Below are positions 40,566-49,192 of a stretch of DNA of 64,000 bases, piece by piece. Position 1 is the first letter of the stretch. Every line of letters starts with the position of its first letter. Origin of the DNA: Prochlorococcus sp. AG-469-F22 (lineage in GTDB: Bacteria; Cyanobacteriota; Cyanobacteriia; PCC-6307; Cyanobiaceae); contig QCSC01000001.1 of assembly GCA_003211655.1 (NCBI GenBank), forward strand, positions 3,967 to 67,966, in the 5' to 3' direction. A model generated the notes under the pieces. That model did no database searches and had not been told where the DNA came from. It saw nothing but the letters and a program-made list of their open reading frames with translations. A program made the position numbers and the translations under genes.

Positions 40566-41561
40566 ATGAAATTATTTACCAACGAATTTTTGAACTTACC
40601 AACTTTGAAAAGAAGCAAATTCTTGTTTTTTATAGCAGCATCTTTTTCTTCAATAATTGTCAGTTCAGAACCAACATACTCAAATGAAATAGCAAAATGT
40701 AGGGATTTAACTTTGCCATCATTAATTTCAGATGGTGGTCGAGTTAATGGAGGAAGGGGGTGTACTATGTCTCCAACTAGTTATAAGGTAAAAGCATTTG
40801 AATTAGGTCTTTGTACAGAAGCTAATAACCCATTTAGTACAACGGGCTTAGACACCTCTGGGTGTTTTGCTGTATGGAGTGATCCCAATGGTTATGAGGC
40901 GAATCTGGTTTCAGCAAATGGATCTGCTGCTGTTGAAACCTTAGATTCATCTAATGCAATAAGACCACCAGCAGGTACGTATAAACATGCTTATGTTATT
41001 ATCGATGACACAATTAAGATAAGAGCTACTTTAGAATTAGCTGGTGAGACTTGGAAAACATCAAATAAAGATGCTCATAAAGAGTATTTCCCTACTGATA
41101 GAGATGAGGGTCAAATAGCCTCTTTAGGTAAAGTATCTACAGAGGATGCAGACGAAGCCGAAACAAGATTAGGTTTTTTTAATGTTACTGGCAATGATGC
41201 CGACGATAAATGTTATTTACAAGACTATGTTGTTGACAGTGACATAACCTTAAATGCACTTATGTTGAAATCTGATAAGAAAACTATCGCTACTAAAGCT
41301 ACTTCTACAAGTAATTTTAATTATGATAATACGCTTTGTTCTGGTTCAAAATATATAGCAGGAGTAGAAACTTTTACAACTCCAATTGTTGTTACTGAGA
41401 ATACAACTTCAGCGTCTTTAACTTTTGATACAACAGATGTAGGTGTTTGGGTAGAAGGTTATGATGGTTATAGCAGCATCACCTCAGATAGAGGACCAGG
41501 AGGATCTGACAGGCCCTATTTTGATATGGGGGCTTTTATTATAAGGATATCTGTTAATTAA
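40566..41561 (+). CDS. Secreted beta-rich Cys-containing hypothetical protein
   Basis: Signal-like N-terminus, six Cys, Thr/Ser/Asp-rich; 31 bp after the barrel gene. Confidence 0.75.
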   Translation: MKLFTNEFLNLPTLKRSKFLFFIAASFSSIIVSSEPTYSNEIAKCRDLTLPSLISDGGRVNGGRGCTMSPTSYKVKAFELGLCTEANNPFSTTGLDTSGCFAVWSDPNGYEANLVSANGSAAVETLDSSNAIRPPAGTYKHAYVIIDDTIKIRATLELAGETWKTSNKDAHKEYFPTDRDEGQIASLGKVSTEDADEAETRLGFFNVTGNDADDKCYLQDYVVDSDITLNALMLKSDKKTIATKATSTSNFNYDNTLCSGSKYIAGVETFTTPIVVTENTTSASLTFDTTDVGVWVEGYDGYSSITSDRGPGGSDRPYFDMGAFIIRISVN

Positions 41562-41618
41562 TTTATATTTAAATGGTATTCCAAAAGTATTTTTAATAAT
41601 CGATTTAAAAACTATAAT

Positions 41619-41762
41619 TCATTCCTCTTGATAAGACCCTTTTGGAAAATTAGAAGCTCTCCAAGAGTCAAATGAGCATTCTAAATTAATAATGCCATTA
41701 TCTTTACTACTACAACCAAAAAGCAAAGTTAATAAAAGCGGTGCAAGTAGTAAGCGTTTCAT
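41619..41762 (-). CDS. Small lipoprotein-like ORF (47 aa), possibly truncated; not in ORF track
   Basis: MKRLLLAPLLLTLLFGCSSKD... lipobox-like LFGC; TAA-ATG coupled to the upstream gene. Confidence 0.6.
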   Translation of the reverse strand: MKRLLLAPLLLTLLFGCSSKDNGIINLECSFDSWRASNFPKGSYQEE

Positions 41763-41766
41763 TTAA
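41738..41766 (+). repeat. 29-bp direct repeat, copy 2
   Basis: Identical to 39061-39089. Confidence 0.9.
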
Positions 41767-42074
41767 AAATAAAATCTCTTTGCAACTTTTCTATCAAATC
41801 TTTCTTTTTCGTAAATTTTATTTTCTTCAATATTTTGATATTCCCAACCTAAGAATTGCCTTGTTTCTTTATCGTATTTACAAAATCTAGCTTTCTTAGA
41901 ATAAGTACCCCAAGGACTTTTGACCTTATAACTAATTCCCCCAATTATCCACTTATTGCAAGCCATTTCTGCTTCAGTAAAAGAACCATATCTTCCAAAC
42001 CAATTTGACCAATTTGCATTAACGGCAGTAGGTAGAGCGAGGGCTGCTAGTAGTGGGAGTAATAAGCGTTTCAT
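41763..42074 (-). CDS. Small secreted hypothetical protein
   Basis: MKRLLLPLLAALALPTAVNA signal peptide; two Cys. Confidence 0.75.
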   Translation of the reverse strand: MKRLLLPLLAALALPTAVNANWSNWFGRYGSFTEAEMACNKWIIGGISYKVKSPWGTYSKKARFCKYDKETRQFLGWEYQNIEENKIYEKERFDRKVAKRFYF

Positions 42075-42475
42075 TTCTTTTTAAGTTGCTTTTTTGTATT
42101 CGTAACAAGTCCAACTAATATGAGAATCTTAATTAGGATTCTATATCTAGCTGCAAATGCGGCTATTGGCTCTAAAAAGTCTTTTACTTCTTGTGGAAGT
42201 TGAGGGTAAACATCTTGTATATACCAAGGCAAAACAATTATTATAAACACCCCAAGAGCAGTCATTAGGACTACAGTTTTTAAAATTTCTTTTGCCTTCT
42301 CTTTCTTTGGTTTGTGATAGTCCTTGTAAAGTTCAATAAATTCATCCCATACAGAATCTGGCACTTGAGATACAGATACAAGACCTTCTAATTTAACGGC
42401 TAAATCCCAATCATATTTGTATGAAGCTTCTAATAGATTCTGGAACTCCGAATCAGGCATTTCCCTTAAGTTCAT
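42071..42475 (-). CDS. Hypothetical membrane protein
   Basis: Soluble N-terminus plus two hydrophobic segments; ATGA overlap with the next gene. Confidence 0.65.
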   Translation of the reverse strand: MNLREMPDSEFQNLLEASYKYDWDLAVKLEGLVSVSQVPDSVWDEFIELYKDYHKPKKEKAKEILKTVVLMTALGVFIIIVLPWYIQDVYPQLPQEVKDFLEPIAAFAARYRILIKILILVGLVTNTKKQLKKK

Positions 42476-42488
42476 ACTCTAATCCAAT

Positions 42489-42517
42489 AAAAAAAAGGAG
42501 CTAATTGCTCCTTATTT
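42489..42517 (-). terminator. Intrinsic terminator after the ligase gene (overlaps repeat C)
   Basis: Minus strand AAGGAGC-aatta-GCTCCTT followed by a T-run. Confidence 0.7.
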
Positions 42518-42542
42518 TAGATCGACTGTCAATTATTAACTA
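42499..42542 (+). repeat. Cargo-boundary repeat, copy C (abuts the ligase stop codon)
   Basis: AGCTAATTGCTCCTTATTTTAGATCGACTGTCAATTATTAACTA. Confidence 0.85.
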
Positions 42543-43295
42543 ATACTTAATCGCCATCTGCCAATGAGGGTAAGTTTCATAGGATTTTTCTCTAATTAAT
42601 TGTAATTTTCTAGAATTTAATTTAACTACTATTCCATCAGTAGGATAATTATTAAATAACTTTTTATCAGTCCATTGTTTACGGTACATTTCCACCTGAC
42701 TTGTAAAGTTAAGGCTTTTATATTCTGGAATTGTAAAACCTAATTTTTTTAAATATTGAAGGGAATCATGTTGGTTAAGTCGTCCGTTAATTATCTGAAA
42801 AGAACAAAAGCTAAGATGATCACTTTTACTATCAGCAGCCCGAAGATAACCTCCTGCCTGTCTTTGGCTAAAGCTGGGTCTGTCATACTCTGCTGGTGCA
42901 TATAATTCGCCTCTAATCTGGATTAAACCTTTAATATTTATCTTAGATGGTACATCTGGAATATCTTTTATTTTATTAGTAACATCTCCTCCTTTCCTTG
43001 CTATTGCCTTAACTAAATCTCCATCTATATATTGAATAGCAATGGCACATCCATCAATCTTAGGTTCAATTATTAATCTAGTATCGGACAATAATCCATC
43101 TAAAAAATCATCAATAGAATCTTTAGGCAAACTTGGCAATGGCAATATAGTTTTTTTAGAAAAGTAATTTGCTTCTGGATTAACTCTAAATAAATTGGCT
43201 TCAAGTTTATCGAACTGTTCATCAGTAATTAAAGGAGTTCCCATCCTGTAATTATGGTCGTACCATTCAATCCGTTCTTCAAGATATGTAGTCAT
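42540..43295 (-). CDS. NAD-dependent DNA ligase, adenylation domain only
   Basis: Y...P.ITDEQFD, EPKIDG, IRGE, TDGIVVK, MAIKY*; no OB/HhH/BRCT domains. Confidence 0.88.
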   Translation of the reverse strand: MTTYLEERIEWYDHNYRMGTPLITDEQFDKLEANLFRVNPEANYFSKKTILPLPSLPKDSIDDFLDGLLSDTRLIIEPKIDGCAIAIQYIDGDLVKAIARKGGDVTNKIKDIPDVPSKINIKGLIQIRGELYAPAEYDRPSFSQRQAGGYLRAADSKSDHLSFCSFQIINGRLNQHDSLQYLKKLGFTIPEYKSLNFTSQVEMYRKQWTDKKLFNNYPTDGIVVKLNSRKLQLIREKSYETYPHWQMAIKY

Positions 43296-43307
43296 AATTA
43301 AGCAGCT

Positions 43308-45160
43308 TTAATTTTTTCCAATAATTACAGTAGTTTTACCGTCTAATATTGGTCTATTTTTTTCTGCAATTTGCTCTTTCATTACTTCTTTAACATCTAT
43401 TCCTAATACATAAGCATCTTCCGCTCTTTGATCTAAACCAATATATTTATTAGTTTTAGTGTCATACATTCCAATACCAATATCAAATTTTATAGGGCTT
43501 TCATACTTTCTAGCTTTACTTACCTTTTCTGGAATTAAAACCTCAACAGCAAAACCAATCTCTTTTAAAAATAAATTAAATTCTGATCTTTTTTCTTTTA
43601 TAAATCTATCTTTATCTAAAAATAATTTAACTTTATCTTGAATATCTTTTGCAGCTTGTTTACCTGATTTTTTTCTTTGTAGATTCTGTAAATCTAATAT
43701 TGCTCGCTGATATTTTGTTTCCGCCTGTTTATATTCTTCTGTAGCTTCAAGTTGTTGTTTTTCTAAATTTATTGGAACTGCTCTGCCTTTAGCAAAATAT
43801 TCCGATTCTGCTTTTTTAAAATTTTCTAATTTAGCTTTTAATTGATTTTTTTCATCTAAAGCTTTTAATCTTTTATTTTTTTGTATTTCAACTTCTTCCT
43901 CGTGTTTTTCATCAGTCAAATAATCTTCCCATCTAAATAACATTATTCGATTTAAGATTTCTGATTCATTATCAATATTGTTATGAATTTGCTTGTAAGG
44001 AACAGTATTAGTAGCTTTGCAATTTAAATCTCCGTCAGCTTTAGCATTGTGACATTGTAAAAAAGACATTTCTACTTCTACTTTTTCTCCACCTTTAGCC
44101 CATTTTTTGGTGCCAACAATTCTTCTTCTTGTAATAACATCCATGCGACCACCACAATGACCGCAGCGTATTACTCCTTGAAATAAATTAACTGTTTTAT
44201 CTGTAGGAGATGTAAAAGTTCTATTTAATCTTCTGTTTTCTTTTGCTCCTTGAACTCTTTTAAATTGTTCTGGAGTAATATTGGAGGGAATGGATAGCAA
44301 ACAACTCCTCTCTTAGTTTTTTCTCCTGTAACTGCTCTATTTTTAAGAATGCACGTCGAAATTGCATCTTTACTCAAATATTTATTTTTTCCATTTAAAG
44401 GACTTTTTACACCTTCCTTCTTTAAGATTTTCGCAGTTTTTCCTATACCTATTGTTTCGGCCATATTAAATATTCTTTGTATTAATTTCTTCTCTTCTTC
44501 AAAAGCTTTTGCTTTACCTGTCTTTTCATCTATATAAATCCAAAAGGGATATAAATTACCTTTAGTTCATTTTTTTCTAGGTTTAAAAGAGCTAAAGTCT
44601 CCCTCTGAAAACTGTTTAGCTATTTTTTCTTCAGAACCATTTTTTCTATTTGCTTTTTCTTCCCACTCACTAGAAGCACCTAAGCTTGCACCTAAAAATT
44701 GAAACCATTGAGCATCATCTGTGCCGTTAAATGGTTTTCCTCCTAATTGAACAAATGCCAATTCCAAGCCACTATCAAGAATTGTATTAAGGAGTTTTGT
44801 TGATCCTCTAGCTCTAGATCTAGTTAATCGACTCCAATTTTCTACAACTAAACACGTTCCTCTTGGAATTTCTCCTTTTTCAGCAGCTTTAATTAATGAA
44901 GATAATGCTCCAATTTCACTATTTTTGCCCCTACCACTTACTCCTAAATCTCGAAATTCAAATCCATCTAAATTTTCATAGTCTGGATGACTTTCTAGCC
45001 AATTAAGATAATCTTGCTCCTGTCGCTCTATTCCTGATTTGTTTTCTGTTGTTTGAGCTTTAGTGCTAACTCGGATATATGAGACAGAAAATTTAGTGGC
45101 AACTGGAGTTACTTCACTATTTGTTATAGAAGTTTTTGTAGTTGTTTCTGCCATTGCCAT
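43308..45160 (-). pseudogene. Large serine recombinase (integrase) interrupted by an in-frame TGA (44567-44569) and a 1-nt frameshift (~44280)
   Basis: YIRVST..Q, DLGVSG, VENWSRLTR catalytic domain; YPFWI and LKNRAVTG recombinase domain; CGHCGG...C...C Zn ribbon; coiled coil. Confidence 0.88.
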
Positions 45161-45230
45161 GAATTGACTTAAAGGCAGTATGGCACAGGTTTTATGTTAT
45201 GACAAAAGGGGTAAAATATATCATGAGATT

Positions 45231-45247
45231 TTTATAATTGCCAATCT
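45231..45247 (+). repeat. Right attachment-site candidate overlapping the GH57 stop codon
   Basis: TTTATAAttgcCAAtCT; similar to 29434-29450. Confidence 0.55.
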
Positions 45248-46815
45248 TGAATTCTTATATTAGGGAATATTTTATCTTCTTCTTCAATATTTTTGAGAAA
45301 TTTATAATCAATAAAAGATTCATTTTCTAACATCGCAATTAATTTCCAGAATCTAAAAAGATGCCTATCAATCCTTTCTTTAGCGAGTTCAGTTGTGGTT
45401 CCCGCCTTTAAAATGAAACTCCAATCAGAGGATTCAGAAAGAAGTAACTCTCTTGCTGCTTGCTTTAATAATCTTATAGAGAAATCATCATAAAAGTTCT
45501 TTCTAGATAATTCAACAAAAACAGCACCCGCTTTTGTGATTTCTGGAACTATCCATGCGTTTTTATCATTAAGCCAGTAATTATGAAATCCACCCTGACC
45601 CCAGCTTGAAGGAGATGGATCACAAATTTGAAGGTTAGGATTTTGAAGAAGAATTTCCCTTAGGTTTGTAAGCTTAATGAAATATTTTGTAGATTTTTTA
45701 AGTATTTTTTCAATAAATCTTGGTCCTTCATACCACCAATGTCCAAATAGTTCAGCATCAAATGGAGCAATTAACAAAGGTTCAAATGATGCGGATAAAG
45801 AAAGTTTCTTTAATTGTTTAGATCTTGACAAAAGATAATTGTCAGCATGTTCTTCAACTTTTTTTATAGCTTCATCTTCTACATAAAATTCTTTTTTGCC
45901 TAGTGAACAATTATTGTTTGTAATTCTATGAAATTTCAATCCTAAAGGCCTGCTTGTTGGAATTCCTTTTTTTTGTAGTTCTGTGGAGGATAATTCCCAC
46001 CCTAAGTCTTTATGAAATTCTCTATAAACTGGATTCCCTGGGTATCCTTCTCTTGAGGACCAAACTGGCAATGTTGATTCACTATCTCTCCCAAAAAAAG
46101 CTACACCTTTTTTTGAACAAATAGGTGCATATACACCATACCTTGGCCTTGGTGATCCATTTAAAATCCCATGACCGTCTAAAACTGCATATCTAATTCC
46201 ACAATTTAGTAATATTTCATCAAGATTTTCATAATAAGCGCACTCAGGTAACCAAATCCCTAATGGTCTTGTTCCAAAAATAATTTCATGACTTCTTATT
46301 GCAGTATTTATTTGACCTAAAACTGTTTCAGGGTTTTCTCTAAGGATTGGTAAATATCCATGTGTTGCCGCACAAGTAAGGATATCTAAATTTCCAGTCA
46401 AATTTAAATTTTTAAATCTTTCAATTAAATCTCCAGAACATTTTTCCCAATATAAATAATTATTTTTAATATTTCTTAGAAGAAATTTAGATGCAGCTTG
46501 TTCTTTTTCAGGTAAATCATTCAAAAATTCTATTCTTGATTTAATCCAAGATGAGTATTTTTTTTGAATTTGTTTATTTTGAAGAAGTGACAATAAGGTT
46601 GGAGATAAACTGAGGGTTAATTTTGTATTGCTTGTATCTTGCTTTTTGCTTGATTCCATTACTTGAAGTAGTGGAATATAACATTCGAGTATCGCTTGGA
46701 ATAACCAATCTTCTTCTAAAGAATTTTTTTCATTTTTCCTAACAAATGGGAGATGAGCATGTAGAACTATTGCCAATCTGCCTAAGTAATTTTTATTAGG
46801 GAGAGGCCCATTCAT
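45232..46815 (-). CDS. GH57 family glycoside hydrolase/branching enzyme (DUF1957)
   Basis: HAHLPFV, ATHGYLP, WLPECAY, FDAELFGHWW, SSDW. Confidence 0.92.
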   Translation of the reverse strand: MNGPLPNKNYLGRLAIVLHAHLPFVRKNEKNSLEEDWLFQAILECYIPLLQVMESSKKQDTSNTKLTLSLSPTLLSLLQNKQIQKKYSSWIKSRIEFLNDLPEKEQAASKFLLRNIKNNYLYWEKCSGDLIERFKNLNLTGNLDILTCAATHGYLPILRENPETVLGQINTAIRSHEIIFGTRPLGIWLPECAYYENLDEILLNCGIRYAVLDGHGILNGSPRPRYGVYAPICSKKGVAFFGRDSESTLPVWSSREGYPGNPVYREFHKDLGWELSSTELQKKGIPTSRPLGLKFHRITNNNCSLGKKEFYVEDEAIKKVEEHADNYLLSRSKQLKKLSLSASFEPLLIAPFDAELFGHWWYEGPRFIEKILKKSTKYFIKLTNLREILLQNPNLQICDPSPSSWGQGGFHNYWLNDKNAWIVPEITKAGAVFVELSRKNFYDDFSIRLLKQAARELLLSESSDWSFILKAGTTTELAKERIDRHLFRFWKLIAMLENESFIDYKFLKNIEEEDKIFPNIRIQDWQL

Positions 46816-47056
46816 AGTTTTTTAAAGATTATGATTAAAGTTCGTTTAAAATGTCAAAATTTACTTTTAGGCAAATATTCAATTATTTAATTTTTTAAAA
46901 TAATACTTTATTAATCAAATATAAAAACTTTTTATTTAGAATATTTTAACCAAAAATAATATGGTTTTGATTCCTATACATAGGGTTTATTTATAAGTAT
47001 CTAGTAATTTTTTTTTAATTAGCTTAATATAGGATTAATCGTAATAAAATAAATTA

Positions 47057-48697
47057 ATGTCCAAAGATCCTGGCAGGATATTGATCTTTGATACAACGCT
47101 GAGAGATGGTGAGCAATCCCCTGGTGCGAGTTTAAATCTTGAGGAAAAGCTTGCAATTGCCCAACAACTTGCAAGATTAGGAGTAGATGTTATTGAAGCA
47201 GGATTTCCATTTGCTAGTCCTGGAGATTTTAAGGCAGTAAATAAAATTGCTGAAGTAGTTGGTGGAGAAAATGGTCCAATAATTTGTGGTTTAGCTAGGG
47301 CTTCTACAAATGATATAAAAGCTTGTTACGAAGCTATAAGCCCAGCCCCTAAAAAAAGAATTCATACATTTATAGCCACTAGTGATATCCACCTAAAACA
47401 TAAACTTAGAAAAACAAGAGCAGATGTTCTTTGTATAGTTCCTGAAATGGTTAGTTATGCTAAATCATTAGCTGATGATATTGAATTCTCTTGTGAAGAT
47501 GCCTCAAGGAGTGATCCTGAATTTCTTTATGAAGTAATTCAACTAGCGATCACATCAGGAGCTACAACTATTAATATTCCAGATACAGTTGGTTTCACAA
47601 CTCCAAGTGAATTTGGAAAACTTATTTTTGATATTAATAAAAATGTTCCAAATATTGATGAAGCTATTATTTCAGTTCATGGCCATAATGATTTAGGATT
47701 AGCCGTTGCTAATTTTCTAGAAGCAGCAAAGAACGGAGCGAGGCAATTAGAGTGCACAATAAATGGGATAGGTGAAAGAGCAGGGAATGCCTCCCTAGAA
47801 GAATTAGTAATGGCATTACACGTGAGGAAAAGTTTTTTTAATAGTTTCTTTGGAAGAAGTTCAGATTCACCGACTCCATTAACAGCCATAAGAACAGAAG
47901 AAATCACAAAAACTTCGAGATTAGTATCTAACTTAACTGGAATGAATGTTCAGCCTAATAAGGCAATTGTTGGGGCAAATGCTTTTGCTCATGAGTCGGG
48001 AATCCATCAGGATGGTGTACTAAAAAATAGACTCACATATGAAATTATTGATGCAAAAACTGTTGGTTTGAATGATAATAAAATTTCATTAGGGAAACTT
48101 AGCGGAAGAAGTGCCGTAAGAGCAAGATTGGAAGAGATGGGATACGATTTAAGTAGAGAAGACCTGAATGATGCTTTTGCTCGTTTCAAAGATCTCGCTG
48201 ATAGAAAACGAGAAATTACTGATAGAGATTTAGAAGCTATTGTTAGTGAACAGGTTCAACTTCCTGAATCTAAATTTCAACTAAGTCATGTTCAAGTTAG
48301 TTGCGGCAGTACATCCAAGCCTACCGCGACGGTAACTCTTATAAATACAGAAGATCATACTGAAGATACTGCTGTCGCAATAGGTACTGGACCTGTAGAT
48401 GCGGTTTGCGAAGCACTAAATGCATTAACTAAAGTTCCCAATGAATTAATAGAGTTTTCAGTAAAATCTGTAACGGAAGGAATAGATGCATTAGGGGAAG
48501 TTACTATAAGAATTCGGAACAAGAATAAAATATATTCAGGGCATTCTGCGGATACAGACGTAGTTGTTGCTGCTGCGAATGCTTTTGTAAATGCTTTAAA
48601 CAGGCTTGTATTTTCAGAGAAGAAAAACTCTATTCACCCCCAATTTGATAATTTAGAAAATCCTAAAAGTAAGATATTATCAAATCCTAAAAAATAA
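47057..48697 (+). CDS. leuA: 2-isopropylmalate synthase
   Basis: [29 protein letters not shown]. Confidence 0.97.
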   Translation: MSKDPGRILIFDTTLRDGEQSPGASLNLEEKLAIAQQLARLGVDVIEAGFPFASPGDFKAVNKIAEVVGGENGPIICGLARASTNDIKACYEAISPAPKKRIHTFIATSDIHLKHKLRKTRADVLCIVPEMVSYAKSLADDIEFSCEDASRSDPEFLYEVIQLAITSGATTINIPDTVGFTTPSEFGKLIFDINKNVPNIDEAIISVHGHNDLGLAVANFLEAAKNGARQLECTINGIGERAGNASLEELVMALHVRKSFFNSFFGRSSDSPTPLTAIRTEEITKTSRLVSNLTGMNVQPNKAIVGANAFAHESGIHQDGVLKNRLTYEIIDAKTVGLNDNKISLGKLSGRSAVRARLEEMGYDLSREDLNDAFARFKDLADRKREITDRDLEAIVSEQVQLPESKFQLSHVQVSCGSTSKPTATVTLINTEDHTEDTAVAIGTGPVDAVCEALNALTKVPNELIEFSVKSVTEGIDALGEVTIRIRNKNKIYSGHSADTDVVVAAANAFVNALNRLVFSEKKNSIHPQFDNLENPKSKILSNPKK

Positions 48698-48809
48698 TTT
48701 AGTTTTGGGATTATTAAGTTTAACCAAAAACTAGTAGCCTAATAATGTAGGTTAAAGCTTTAATTTTTATTTAATCAACTAAAGTAATTATTGATAGGTT
48801 ATTAAGGTA

Positions 48810-49160
48810 TTAGACTCTTGCATGAGGTGGTTTAATAGGTAATATCATTGCTTTACCCATAATCTCTTTAATAGTAAGTTATGAGCCTCCATAAAGACTG
48901 GCTAATATTATTCTAGCTATAAGTATTGGCTGGCCCTCTGCAATAGTTGAAATAATATCTGCTTCTGCTCTTTTAGCGGAGAAGAATTGGGGTATTACCT
49001 TAACTCTAGTATCTCTTTCAATGATAATTTCTGGAACAGCTCCATATCCTATTTTTCGATTAATCTCCCTTAAAGATATTTTTGGTATTGGTGGAGGTAT
49101 TACACTTTGTCCGCTTTATTTGGAATCTTAGCTTTAATAAATTGGTGTAATCCGAGACAT
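48810..49160 (-). pseudogene. Decayed gene remnant
   Basis: ATG at 49160, then protein-like segments (IPPPIPKISLREINRKIGYGAVPEIIIERD; EIMGKAMILPIKPPHARV) in different frames separated by stops. Confidence 0.4.
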
Positions 49161-49192
49161 CGAAGAAATATTATATTATAAAAAATATTAAG

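Larger units (their letters stand above)
29434..45237. mobile_element. Tycheposon-like integrative element (~15.8 kb) carrying a guanidine-utilisation cargo
   Basis: Interrupts core crtL-GH57 adjacency; primase-helicase, RHH and HTH at the left end; ligase and large serine recombinase at the right end; TTTATAA core at both junctions. Confidence 0.88.

Noticed and set aside
38664-42542. Repeats as a CRISPR array
   Set aside because: Spacing is 0.35-3.5 kb with whole genes between copies; no cas genes
44225-44569. Programmed readthrough/frameshift producing full-length integrase
   Set aside because: It would need two recoding events, and there is no slippery heptamer at ~44280; mutation or sequencing error is simpler
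29434-45237. Prophage
   Set aside because: No capsid, portal, large terminase, tail or lysis genes
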